Origin: an uncultured Pelagibacteraceae bacterium
GTDB taxonomy: Bacteria > Pseudomonadota > Alphaproteobacteria > Pelagibacterales > Pelagibacteraceae
DNA: 64,000 nt
Assembly (NCBI GenBank): GCA_902579985.1
Contig: CACHIV010000005.1
Location: forward strand, 5,596-69,595
Reading direction: 5' to 3'
Part shown: positions 30,908 through 40,656 of the stretch, in pieces
Layout of the letters: each line of letters starts with the position of its first letter
Position numbering within the stretch: the stretch's first letter is position 1
Notes under the pieces: generated by a model
Told to the model about the DNA's origin: nothing
Databases searched by the model: none
Seen by the model: only the letters and a program-made list of their open reading frames with translations
Program-made: the position numbers and the translations under genes

Positions 30908-31501
30908 ATGAGCAAAGAAAAAAGACAAATTGAAAAATCAGATTTAATTTCTTCAGATCTTTATAACAAGAATAGAAATCAAATTAGAAAAGATCTTGTC
31001 GAATTTAAAAAAAATAGAAGAATAGCACTGGGACCCTATGCAACTTTTTATTTTGAAAGTTTTGAAACTATGCTTGCTCAAGTTCAAGAAATGCTTCATA
31101 TTGAAAAGGGTGGAGATGAGCAATTAAAAGATGAATTAAGTGCATATAATCCTTTAGTTCCTAATGGAAAAGAACTAACTGCAACCTTAATGTTTGAGAT
31201 TGATAATCCTGTCTCTCGAGCATCTTTTTTAGGAAAAGTTGGAGGAATAGAAGAAAGAGTATTTATGAAAATTGAAAATGAGAATGTCAAAGCATTTCCC
31301 GAACAGGATGTCGACAGAACATCTGAGGAAGGAAAAGCTTCTTCAGTACAATTTATTCATTTTAAATTTAATGACAATCAGATTACAAAGTTTAAATCAG
31401 GAAATGTAAGTATTGAAATCGGTATTAATCATGAATATTATTCACATACTACTAAATTATCAGTAGATAATATTAAAGCTTTATCAGCTGATTTTATTTA
31501 G
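30908..31501 (+). CDS. DUF3501 family protein
   Basis: KKNRRIALGP, QVQEMLHIEK, ELSAYNPLVP and GKASSVQFIHF motifs; third gene of the known rbr-FeS-DUF3501 cluster. Confidence 0.85.
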   Translation: MSKEKRQIEKSDLISSDLYNKNRNQIRKDLVEFKKNRRIALGPYATFYFESFETMLAQVQEMLHIEKGGDEQLKDELSAYNPLVPNGKELTATLMFEIDNPVSRASFLGKVGGIEERVFMKIENENVKAFPEQDVDRTSEEGKASSVQFIHFKFNDNQITKFKSGNVSIEIGINHEYYSHTTKLSVDNIKALSADFI

Positions 31502-31943
31502 TAAATCCCCAAACGTTTTCATTCTTAATCCAACCTTTATAATTACCTGTTGATATATTACACCAAGATTTTTCACATTTTTTAATCACAAGTAATCTTC
31601 CTTTCTTTAGTCTTGCAATAGGTTTTGAAAAGTTAGTGGCCTTTTTAAACAAAATTTTATCATTGAGAATAATAATTGAATTGACTTTTTTAAGCTGTGA
31701 AACATGAATCCATCCGCTATTATTATTTAAATCTATAATTCTTCTAAAATTTTCTTTTTGATCTATTTGTTTTACTGGTAAATTTATTTTTTTGTAAATA
31801 TATTTAATTTCTGAATTCAAACTAGGGTTATATCTCACGTTTACTTTATTTTTTTTTAAAGATAAAAATATTTCTTCAGCTTTTAAAAATTGGTTAATTA
31901 AAATTATTGAAAATAAAAGATAAGTAATTATTTTTTTAATCAT
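31494..31943 (-). CDS. Exported bacterial SH3-domain protein
   Basis: Signal peptide; SLKKNKVNVRYNPS, SGWIHVSQL and GWIKNENVWG (tandem SH3b). Confidence 0.85.
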   Translation of the reverse strand: MIKKIITYLLFSIILINQFLKAEEIFLSLKKNKVNVRYNPSLNSEIKYIYKKINLPVKQIDQKENFRRIIDLNNNSGWIHVSQLKKVNSIIILNDKILFKKATNFSKPIARLKKGRLLVIKKCEKSWCNISTGNYKGWIKNENVWGFTK

Positions 31944-32695
31944 TTACAAAAACAATTTTTTCTTTTTTTTAGCTTAACAATTCTAAAGTTTAAATTAAGA
32001 AGATCTAAAATAAAAATGTTATTATTTAAACTTTTTCCTATATTTAATATCTTTTTTAATACTTCGTTAGCCTGAATTGTACCTACTACTCCAGCAACTG
32101 TTCCTAGAATACCTTCGGACTCACAGTTAATAAAATTTTCTGAAATACGAGTTTCTTGAAAAAAACATCTTAAACAAGGAGTTTTTTTATTTCTAAAATC
32201 AAAAGTAAATACTTGACCATTAAATTTACTTATTGCGCCAGTTATTAGAACTTTTTTAAACTTAACACTAAAATCATTTATCAATAATTTAGTTTTAAAA
32301 TTATCAGAACCATCAACAATAAAATTATAATTATTTATAATCTTTTTAAAATTTATTTGATTTAACCTTATCTTATAAATTTTTATTTTAGTATTTGGAT
32401 TTATTTTTTTTATTTTATTTTTTGTAGTTTTAACTTTAAGTTTTCCAACATCAGAAGTATCATAAAGACTTTGTCTATGTAAATTAGAAAGACTTATTAT
32501 GTCGTCATCAACTATTCCTAATGATCCTATTCCTGCTCTAGCAAGATATTCTGCAACTGGTGAACCAAGACCACCAGCACCGACAATTAAAACTTTGGAC
32601 GATAAAATTTTTTTTTGACCTGTAATACTAATATCTTTGAGTATTATTTGTCTTGAAAATCTTTCAATTATTTTTTTATTTAGTTGGCTTTTCAT
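31940..32695 (-). CDS. HesA/MoeB/ThiF family adenylyltransferase
   Basis: ERFSRQIIL, GAGGLGSP, SNLHRQ, DGSDNF, CLRC and CESEGILG motifs. Confidence 0.92.
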   Translation of the reverse strand: MKSQLNKKIIERFSRQIILKDISITGQKKILSSKVLIVGAGGLGSPVAEYLARAGIGSLGIVDDDIISLSNLHRQSLYDTSDVGKLKVKTTKNKIKKINPNTKIKIYKIRLNQINFKKIINNYNFIVDGSDNFKTKLLINDFSVKFKKVLITGAISKFNGQVFTFDFRNKKTPCLRCFFQETRISENFINCESEGILGTVAGVVGTIQANEVLKKILNIGKSLNNNIFILDLLNLNFRIVKLKKRKNCFCK

Positions 32696-33129
32696 TTACC
32701 AGTTGAGCCAAATCCACCATCACCCCTCAAAGTTTCAGGCAAATTATCAGTTTCTTCTAATTTCATTTTAGCAACTGGTGCTAAAATCATTTGTGCAATT
32801 CTATCCTTATTATTGATGATAAAATCATCTTTACCATGATTAAAAAGAATAATTTTTATTTCACCTCGATAATCACTATCTATTGTTCCTGGTGTGTTTA
32901 AAACAGTTATTTTATGCTTAGCAGCCAAACCAGAGCGAGGGCGAATTTGTATTTCATAATTGTTAGAAAAAGCCACAGACAATCCTGTAGGGACCAAATA
33001 TGAGCTATTAGGAGCTATTTTAATTGGCTTATCTAAAAAAGCCATCAAATCAACACCAGATGCTCCATCCGTTTTATAATTGGGAAGTTCAACATTTTGA
33101 TTTAACTTTTTAATTAATACTTTTACCAT
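32692..33129 (-). CDS. dut: dUTP diphosphatase
   Basis: ASGVDL, RPRSGLA, PGTIDSDYRGEI and RGDGGFGSTG motifs. Confidence 0.98.
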   Translation of the reverse strand: MVKVLIKKLNQNVELPNYKTDGASGVDLMAFLDKPIKIAPNSSYLVPTGLSVAFSNNYEIQIRPRSGLAAKHKITVLNTPGTIDSDYRGEIKIILFNHGKDDFIINNKDRIAQMILAPVAKMKLEETDNLPETLRGDGGFGSTGK

Positions 33130-33134
33130 TAAAT

Positions 33135-34340
33135 TTAATTTAACTGTTCAATGACTCTATCTACTATTTCCTCTGAGATTTCAGATTTTTTTTTTATTGT
33201 AAGTTTTTCGTCTTTAATTTTTTTATTTTTATAAAAAATTGAAACTTCGTTAAAATTAGAATCAAATCCTATAGATTCATTAGATACATCATTAGCTATT
33301 ATCCAATCACAATTTTTTTCAATTAGTTTTTTTTTTGCATTTTCTAAAATATTATTTGTTTCTGCTGCAAATCCAATTACTAATTTTGGCCTTAGAGAGT
33401 TATGATTAGATACATAATTTAAAATATCAACATTCTTTTCGAGTTTTAAATTTAAATTATCATTTTTTTTTATTTTTATACTATTTTTTTCTTTAATTTT
33501 ATAATCAGCTACAGCTGCAGAAAATATTGCAACATCAACTGGTAAACTTTTCTGTGTAGCTTTAAGCATCTCATCAGCAGTTTTAACTTTTATTAAATCT
33601 ATATTGTTATTGATTTTAATATTGGTTGGACCAGAAATTAATGTTGTTTGAAAGCCTCTTTTTACAAGAGATTGCGCTATTGCATAACCTTGTTTTCCTG
33701 AAGATTTATTTGTTATAAACCTAACAGGATCAATATATTCATTAGTAGGTCCTGCAGTTACTAAAGCTTTTAATTTTTTATTTTTATTTAATTGATCAAA
33801 ATAAACTTTAGTTTCAAATAAAATTTCTTGAGGTTCACTCATCTTTCCTTCTCCAAATTCTCCACATGCCATATCTCCAATATCTGGACCAATTATTCTA
33901 TATCCATAAGACTTTAATATTTTTATATTTTTTTTAGTCGATTCGTGTTCCCACATTCTAACATTCATAGCGGGAGCTAAAAAAATCTCTTTGTTTGAAG
34001 CAAGGATTACAGTAGAGGCCAAATCATCTGAAGATCCTGAACTTAATTTTGCAATAGTATTTGCTGTAGCTGGAGCAATAAGAATTAAATCTGCCCACCT
34101 AGATAAAGATATATGATCCATTTCTGCTTCATTATCGCTATTAAATAAATCATCATAAACTTTTTCTTGAGATAGGGAAGCTACAGATAATGGAGTTACA
34201 AATTTTTTAGCATTTTTAGTAAGAATAGTTTTAATTTGTACATCTTGTTTTTTTAATAATCTAATAAGCTCTAAACTTTTATAAGCAGATATACCTCCAC
34301 ATATTATTAAAAGTATTTTTTTTTGAAATAAAATATTCAT
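33135..34340 (-). CDS. coaBC: Phosphopantothenoylcysteine decarboxylase/synthase
   Basis: GGISAYKS, APATAN, APAMNVRMW, TAGPTNEYIDPVRFITNKSSGKQG and GFAAET motifs. Confidence 0.97.
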   Translation of the reverse strand: MNILFQKKILLIICGGISAYKSLELIRLLKKQDVQIKTILTKNAKKFVTPLSVASLSQEKVYDDLFNSDNEAEMDHISLSRWADLILIAPATANTIAKLSSGSSDDLASTVILASNKEIFLAPAMNVRMWEHESTKKNIKILKSYGYRIIGPDIGDMACGEFGEGKMSEPQEILFETKVYFDQLNKNKKLKALVTAGPTNEYIDPVRFITNKSSGKQGYAIAQSLVKRGFQTTLISGPTNIKINNNIDLIKVKTADEMLKATQKSLPVDVAIFSAAVADYKIKEKNSIKIKKNDNLNLKLEKNVDILNYVSNHNSLRPKLVIGFAAETNNILENAKKKLIEKNCDWIIANDVSNESIGFDSNFNEVSIFYKNKKIKDEKLTIKKKSEISEEIVDRVIEQLN

Positions 34341-34348
34341 GTTGCGAA

Positions 34349-35917
34349 TTAAAATACTAATAGGCCAAAAATTACAAGCAATAATAAACCAACAATAGAT
34401 TGATTTCTAAACGCAATCATTTCAGACTTCTTTTCGTTTAGAGCTGTATAGGAGGTAGAATTTTGAGGTATTTGTCCACTTGCCAAATATGTAAGTGCTT
34501 GATTAGCTTTATCCATAATTTCAGGAAAATCTGGTAATCTTTTAATCACCTCAGTAGTACTTTTGAGACTTTCATTGAATATATTTTTGGGATCTTTTGT
34601 TTCTTTTAGCCAATTTTCTAAAATTGGTTTTGAGGTTTCCCATATATTAGTATTGGGATTTAGTTTTCTAGCAACTCCCTCAACAACAACCATAGTTTTT
34701 TGAAGCATTAATAATTGAGGTTGAGTTTGCATGTTAAATTTTTCAGTAACATCAAAAAGCTGTTTTAATAATTTTCCACCTGAAATATCTTTAACTGATT
34801 GTCCAAAAATTGGCTCCCCAATGGATCTCAAAGCCTGAGCAAGATCGTCAACAGGTACATTCTTCGGAACAAGTCCAGCAACTAAGTGAACTTCTGCTAC
34901 TTTTTTATAATCTCTTTTAATAAAACCAAATAAAATTTCTGCTAAAAATCTTCTACTAAGATTGTCTAATCTGCCCATAATTCCAAAATCGATCGGTACA
35001 ATTTGCCCATTATCATCAATAAATATATTTCCTTGATGCATATCAGCATGAAAAAATCCATCTCTTACCGCATGCCGTAAAAAATTTTGAATAATATCTT
35101 TTGCAATCTTTTTAGTATCAATATTTCTTTTTTGTAAATTTTCAGTTTCACGAATAGAAACACCTTCAACCCAATCAAGAGTCATTACATTTTCACTTGT
35201 AAAATTCCAATATATCTTGGGAACTTTAAAATCAATATCATTTTTTGTATTTTCAGCATATTCATTTGCTGCCGCTGCTTCAAATCTCAAGTCCATCTCT
35301 AAATTAGTTATTTCTTTTAGTAAAAAAACTACATCAACTAATTTTAATCTTTGTGTTTTTTTAATAAATGATTCTATTAAGAAAGCAAACAGCATCAGAG
35401 CATCTATTTCTTCATTGAATATTTTTTTAATATCAGGTCTCAAAATTTTAATAGCAACATCTTTTATTGTGCCATTATCATTTATTTTAGCTTTGTGTAC
35501 TTGTGCGATTGAAGCAGCAGCAACAGGTTCATCAAAATCTATAATTGAGTTAAATGTTTCTTCTCCTAAATCTTTTTTAATAATTTTTTTTGCTTCTGAT
35601 AAAGGAAAAGCTGGCAGTTTATCTTGTAAATTTTCTAGTTGTTTGGATAATTCCTCTCCAATTATATCTGGTCTAGTTGCTAAAAACTGTCCTAATTTTA
35701 TAAAAGTAGTTCCCATAGATTGTATTGACTTAGAAAGTCTTTCACCTTCTGTATCATTTAAATTTACTTTTTGAGTATTTGAAAAAGAAAAAGAAAGTAT
35801 TTGAAAAAAAATCCTAATAACCAAAGGAGGTTTTTTAAATTTAGAAATAATTTTTAAAATATCAGATTTTGCAATCATTCTACCTAATTTAAAAAGTATA
35901 AATAATTTTTTAATCAT
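34349..35917 (-). CDS. ubiB: Ubiquinone biosynthesis protein kinase-like UbiB
   Basis: GTTFIKLGQFLATRPD, AAASIAQVHKA, GFFHADMHQGN and DFGIMG motifs; ATG overlaps the ubiE stop (TAATG). Confidence 0.96.
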   Translation of the reverse strand: MIKKLFILFKLGRMIAKSDILKIISKFKKPPLVIRIFFQILSFSFSNTQKVNLNDTEGERLSKSIQSMGTTFIKLGQFLATRPDIIGEELSKQLENLQDKLPAFPLSEAKKIIKKDLGEETFNSIIDFDEPVAAASIAQVHKAKINDNGTIKDVAIKILRPDIKKIFNEEIDALMLFAFLIESFIKKTQRLKLVDVVFLLKEITNLEMDLRFEAAAANEYAENTKNDIDFKVPKIYWNFTSENVMTLDWVEGVSIRETENLQKRNIDTKKIAKDIIQNFLRHAVRDGFFHADMHQGNIFIDDNGQIVPIDFGIMGRLDNLSRRFLAEILFGFIKRDYKKVAEVHLVAGLVPKNVPVDDLAQALRSIGEPIFGQSVKDISGGKLLKQLFDVTEKFNMQTQPQLLMLQKTMVVVEGVARKLNPNTNIWETSKPILENWLKETKDPKNIFNESLKSTTEVIKRLPDFPEIMDKANQALTYLASGQIPQNSTSYTALNEKKSEMIAFRNQSIVGLLLLVIFGLLVF

Positions 35918-36621
35918 TATATTTTCCAACCTGAATGAATAGCCACAATACCACCAGATAAATTTCTATAGTTGCAATTTATGAATTTATTTTTTTTCAT
36001 TAATTCAACTAAATCTTCTTGATTGATAAATTCATCAATACTCTTTATTAGATATTCATAAGGATTTTTTTGACCTACTACTTTTTTACCGATTAAAGGA
36101 ATGAGTTTTGAGTAATTTTTATAAATGAAATCTAGACTTGGGTTTTGTATTTTTGAAAATTCCAAACATAAATAACGACCACCTGGTTTAAGAACGCGAT
36201 AAGCTTCTGATAATGCTTTATTGAGATTTTTAGTATTACGTAAACCAAAGCTAATTGAGTAATAATCACAAGAATTATCTTTTAAGGGTAATTTTTCTGC
36301 TGGAGCAACTAACCAATTAATATTTTTATTTTCTTTTAATTTAATTTTACCTTTACTAATCATTCTTTTATTTGGATCTACACAATAAACTCTATTATTA
36401 TTATTTGTTAAATTTAAAAAAAGCTTAGCAATATCGCCAGTACCACAAGCAACATCAATTAAAACCTTATTTTTTGATGGATTCATTAAATTCATTAAAT
36501 CTTTTTTCCAAATTCTATGAATGCCTAAAGACATAAAATCATTCATTAAATCATATTTATCATACACATCATCAAAGACCCCCTGTACAAGTCCTTTTTT
36601 ATTTTGGAGATATTGTTGCAT
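35917..36621 (-). CDS. ubiE: Ubiquinone/menaquinone C-methyltransferase
   Basis: YDLMNDFMSLGIHRIWK, DVACGTGD and SFGLRN motifs. Confidence 0.96.
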   Translation of the reverse strand: MQQYLQNKKGLVQGVFDDVYDKYDLMNDFMSLGIHRIWKKDLMNLMNPSKNKVLIDVACGTGDIAKLFLNLTNNNNRVYCVDPNKRMISKGKIKLKENKNINWLVAPAEKLPLKDNSCDYYSISFGLRNTKNLNKALSEAYRVLKPGGRYLCLEFSKIQNPSLDFIYKNYSKLIPLIGKKVVGQKNPYEYLIKSIDEFINQEDLVELMKKNKFINCNYRNLSGGIVAIHSGWKI

Positions 36622-36656
36622 ATAAAATTTATTATTTGTTGATAATATAGTGTTTA

Positions 36657-37520
36657 ATGCCAGAATTACCAGAAGTAGAAATAATTAAACAAAATCTATC
36701 TAAAAAAATAAAATATAAAAAGATTCAAGAAGTCATAATAACAAATAGAAACTTGCGGTTTAAAATCCCTCCAAAATTTGATTTATTATTAAAAAATAAA
36801 GTCATTGGAAAAGTTACTAGATTTTCAAAGTATTTAATTTTGAATTTTTCAGATAAATCTTTTTGTTTAATTCATTTAGGTATGTCAGGCACTATTCATT
36901 TAATAAAAAAAAATAATTTAAATCAATTTACCAATACTAGTTTTTATAATTCTCCAATTCTTCCAATAAAACATAATCATGTAGAAATAAAATTCAAAGA
37001 TTTAAAAATTATATATAATGATCCTAGAAGATTTGGTTTTTTTAAATATATAAAAAATGAAAAAGAACTTTTAAGTAAGTTTAGTCATTTAGGACCAGAG
37101 CCATTATCTAAAAAATTTAATTTAAAATATTTATTAAAATATTTTTTGAGTAAAAAAAAAAATATAAAAAGTTTTTTAATAGATCAAAAATTTGTATCTG
37201 GTATTGGAAATATTTATGCAAATGAAATTTTGTTTTTAAGCAAAATTAATCCTAATAAATATGCAATGAAATTGTCAAAAAAAGATTGTAGAAGGATTAT
37301 TTTTTTTTCAAAAGTAGTTCTTTTGAATGCAATCAAAAAAGGAGGCTCAAGTATTCGAGATTTTAAAAGTATATCTGGAAAAAGAGGAAGTTATCAAAAA
37401 GAATTTAATGTATACTTAAGACAAGATCTTAATTGTATAAAAAAAAAATGTCCAGGTATCATAAAAAAAATATTTATATCAAATAGATCAACTTTTTTTT
37501 GTAATGTCTGCCAAAAATAA
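36657..37520 (+). CDS. mutM: Formamidopyrimidine-DNA glycosylase
   Basis: MPELPEVE, HLGMSG, DPRRFG, SGIGNIYANE motifs and a C-terminal Zn finger. Confidence 0.97.
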   Translation: MPELPEVEIIKQNLSKKIKYKKIQEVIITNRNLRFKIPPKFDLLLKNKVIGKVTRFSKYLILNFSDKSFCLIHLGMSGTIHLIKKNNLNQFTNTSFYNSPILPIKHNHVEIKFKDLKIIYNDPRRFGFFKYIKNEKELLSKFSHLGPEPLSKKFNLKYLLKYFLSKKKNIKSFLIDQKFVSGIGNIYANEILFLSKINPNKYAMKLSKKDCRRIIFFSKVVLLNAIKKGGSSIRDFKSISGKRGSYQKEFNVYLRQDLNCIKKKCPGIIKKIFISNRSTFFCNVCQK

Positions 37521-37532
37521 AAAATTATTTTA

Positions 37533-37561
37533 TTGACCAGTATAAATTCTCAAGCTATATA
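37533..37561 (+). promoter_or_regulatory. Sigma70 promoter of rpsT (near-leaderless transcript)
   Basis: TTGACC-N17-TATATA; the -10 ends 9 nt before the ATG and no SD is visible. Confidence 0.65.
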
Positions 37562-37570
37562 ACTGCGTTT

Positions 37571-37831
37571 ATGGCAAATACTAAATCAGCAATTAAAAGA
37601 ATAAGAAGAATTGCTAAACAAACGAAAGTAAACAAAGCTCGTAAGAGTAAATATAGAAATGCCATAAAAAAAATGAACCTTCTAATTGAAAAAAAGAAAA
37701 AAAAAGATGCTTTAAAATTCTTACCTAAGTTGAATTCTGAACTTATGAAAGTTACAAAAACTGGCGTAATTAAAAAAGCAAATGCTTCGAGAAATGTATC
37801 AAGGATTACAAAAAAAATCTCAGCTCTATAA
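37571..37831 (+). CDS. rpsT: 30S ribosomal protein bS20
   Basis: MANTKSAIKRIR and KKANASRNVSRI motifs; rpsT-dnaA linkage. Confidence 0.96.
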   Translation: MANTKSAIKRIRRIAKQTKVNKARKSKYRNAIKKMNLLIEKKKKKDALKFLPKLNSELMKVTKTGVIKKANASRNVSRITKKISAL

Positions 37832-38141
37832 ATGACTACCTTGAGTTGTTTAAAGATTTTATTAAAAGTATTGACACAAAATAAGAAAACTTTTTAATAG
37901 TTCATAACTATATATAGATAAAGTAAAAAAAAAATTTATAAATTTTAAAAATATATTTTTATAAAATATTTTTTTTAATAAATAATTTTTAATAATTCAA
38001 TCAGTGAGATTAAAATAATTTAAAAAAAATTATTCGCGTAAAAAACGATTCGCTTAGAAGGTTTATATTTTTTATTTTTTATATAATTATTCATTGCAAA
38101 TTATTTGTTTTTCTTCTAACTGGGTTTATTCCAAAAAATTT

Positions 38142-39554
38142 ATGTCAAAAAATTATACCACTCAAAATTTGAAGAATATTTCTGCTCAAACTTTGGATTG
38201 GACAATTATTCAAAAAGATATGAGGAGTAAAATGGGTACTGATATATATGATAGTTGGCTTAGAAAAATTGATTTTGTTGAAGAATTGAATAATTATATT
38301 TTACTTTCTGTTTCAACTAGATTTATTAGAGATTGGATTACATCGAGATATTTAGATCAAATTTTACAAATTATTAAAGTATATAAAAAAGACCTTACTA
38401 GAATTGAATTTAAAATTGTTGAAAATATTCAAGGCAATGAAATTAAAAATAATATTCAATTAAATAAAAAGAATGAAAATATATCCTTTATTAAAAATAC
38501 ATATCTACAATATAATAGAATTGACCCTAATAAAAAATTCAATAACTTTATAACTGGTTCAAGTAATAAATTAGCATATGAAGCATCGTTAAAAGTCTCT
38601 GAAAATATATCTCATTATAATCCACTATATATCTATGGAGGTGTAGGGATGGGTAAAACACATTTATTAAATTCAATTGGACTTTCATTAAAGGAAAAAA
38701 ATAAAGTCATGTTCATCTCAGCAGAGCGGTTTATGTATCAATTTGTAAAATCTATTAAGTCTAATGATATGGTAAAATTTAAGGAGTATTTTAGGAATAC
38801 AGATATTTTATTAATTGACGATATTCAGTTTATGAATGGAAAAGAAGCTATGCAAGAGGAATTTTTCCACACTTTTAATGCTCTACTTGATAAAGGTTCT
38901 CAAATCATTATTTCTGCAGATAGAGCTCCAAATAAGCTGTCTAGAATTCAAGATAGAATTAAATCAAGATTTGCTGGTGGCTTGGTTGTAGACATTCAAA
39001 AACCAGATCTTGAGCTTAGAAGTAAAATTGTAGAAAAAAAAATAGAAGAACTTAATATTTTCTATTCTAATCAAATAAATGTTTCTGATGAAATACAAAA
39101 ATTTATAAGCACTGAAATAAAAACAAGTATTAGAGAATTAGTTGGCGCTATTAATAGAATTATATCTTTTTCAAGAATATATAATAAAGTTCCAAACATA
39201 TCTGAGACAAAAGTTGTCTTAAAAGATTTATTAAATATAGGTGAAAATAAAGTAACAATCGATCAAATACAATCAACTGTTTGTAAATTTTTTAAAATAA
39301 GCAAAAATGAAATGCTTTCCTCAAGAAGATCAAGGTATCTTGTAAGACCAAGACAGACTGCTATATATTTAACTAAAATACTTACTTCTAAATCTTTACC
39401 AGAAATAGGTAGAGAATTTTCTAACAGAGATCACACAACAATAATTCATTCAGTTAAAACAATTGAAAAATTAAAGGAAAAAGATCTAGATATGAATAAT
39501 AATATTAATAAATTAAAAAACCAGATTTTATATAATAAAGAAAATGAAGTTTAA
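38142..39554 (+). CDS. dnaA: Chromosomal replication initiator DnaA
   Basis: YNPLYIYGGVGMGKTHLL, LLIDDIQF, QEEFFHTFN, SLPEIGREF and RDHTTIIH motifs; ATG at 38142 preferred. Confidence 0.98.
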   Translation: MSKNYTTQNLKNISAQTLDWTIIQKDMRSKMGTDIYDSWLRKIDFVEELNNYILLSVSTRFIRDWITSRYLDQILQIIKVYKKDLTRIEFKIVENIQGNEIKNNIQLNKKNENISFIKNTYLQYNRIDPNKKFNNFITGSSNKLAYEASLKVSENISHYNPLYIYGGVGMGKTHLLNSIGLSLKEKNKVMFISAERFMYQFVKSIKSNDMVKFKEYFRNTDILLIDDIQFMNGKEAMQEEFFHTFNALLDKGSQIIISADRAPNKLSRIQDRIKSRFAGGLVVDIQKPDLELRSKIVEKKIEELNIFYSNQINVSDEIQKFISTEIKTSIRELVGAINRIISFSRIYNKVPNISETKVVLKDLLNIGENKVTIDQIQSTVCKFFKISKNEMLSSRRSRYLVRPRQTAIYLTKILTSKSLPEIGREFSNRDHTTIIHSVKTIEKLKEKDLDMNNNINKLKNQILYNKENEV

Positions 39555-40656
39555 TTTAAATCAACAAGACTTGCAGCAAGCATTAAATTACTGCCAGGGA
39601 GTAATTGAAAAAAGAAACACCCTTCCTATTTTATCTAATGTTCTATTAAATGTTAGTAATTCAAATTTAACAATTACAGCAACAGACTTAGACTTAATAT
39701 TTATTCATCAAATTGATAATATAGAAGTGATTGAAGAAGGAAATACAACAACAACTTCTTCAACAATGTATGATATAATAAGAAAGCTTTCCTCAGGAAA
39801 AAAAATTAATCTTTCTTTAACAGATATTAATAAGCTTAAAGTAGAATCAGAAAAATCTATTTTTAATCTGAATTGTATGAGTGCTTCAGAATTCCCTGTG
39901 ACTGATGAAAATTTTAATCAAAATGAATTTTCTATTAAATCAAAACAATTGTTGAAATTATTAAATAAATGCAAATTTTCAGTTTCAAATGATGAGACAA
40001 GACATTATTTAAGTGGAATTTTTTTTCATCAAACTGAAATAGAAGGAAAAAATTTTTTAACTGCAGCAGCCACAGATAGTCACAGGATGTCTATATCAAA
40101 AATACGATTAGATAATAAAGTCGATTTTGAACCAATTATACTTCCTAAAAAAACAATTTTTCAACTATGTTCTTTACTTGAAAATTACGAGGGTAGTGTG
40201 AAAATTTCAAATATAAAATCTAAAATTAAATTTGAATTAAATAATAGCATTTTAATTTCTAAGTTAATTGATGGAAAATTTCCTAATTATATCCAAGTGA
40301 TTCCTAAAAATAATCAAAAAAGATTAGAAATAGACCTTAAATTATTTTTAGACTCTGTAGATAGAGTTGCCTCAGTTTCATTAGATAAAAAAGATGGTGT
40401 TAAGTTCAATTTGTCTAAAGATATTTTAAACTTATCAGTTAACAATACTAATAGTGGAGATGGTAAAGAAAGCTTGAACGTAAAATTTGATCATGATTTA
40501 GAGATTAGTTTCAACTCAAGATATCTAATTGATGTTGCTTCACAACTTGATGGAGATAAAATTGAAATTTTTTTTAATGATACTGGTTCTCCTGCTTTAA
40601 TTAAAGATCCTGGTGACTTTGATAGTATTTTTGTTGTAATGCCAATGAAAGGCTAA
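39544..40656 (+). CDS. dnaN: DNA polymerase III beta clamp
   Basis: IEKRNTLPILSNV, SNDETRHYLSG, ATDSHR, LIDGKFPNY and VVMPMK motifs. Confidence 0.98.
   Translation: MKFNLNQQDLQQALNYCQGVIEKRNTLPILSNVLLNVSNSNLTITATDLDLIFIHQIDNIEVIEEGNTTTTSSTMYDIIRKLSSGKKINLSLTDINKLKVESEKSIFNLNCMSASEFPVTDENFNQNEFSIKSKQLLKLLNKCKFSVSNDETRHYLSGIFFHQTEIEGKNFLTAAATDSHRMSISKIRLDNKVDFEPIILPKKTIFQLCSLLENYEGSVKISNIKSKIKFELNNSILISKLIDGKFPNYIQVIPKNNQKRLEIDLKLFLDSVDRVASVSLDKKDGVKFNLSKDILNLSVNNTNSGDGKESLNVKFDHDLEISFNSRYLIDVASQLDGDKIEIFFNDTGSPALIKDPGDFDSIFVVMPMKG

Noticed and set aside
37832-37897. 21-aa ORF MTTLSCLKILLKVLTQNKKTF directly after rpsT
   Set aside because: No SD or recognisable features and it overlaps a candidate dnaA promoter; likely chance.
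37832-38141. Calling oriC next to dnaA
   Set aside because: No consensus DnaA boxes found, and alphaproteobacterial origins are usually near hemE; kept only as a weak finding.
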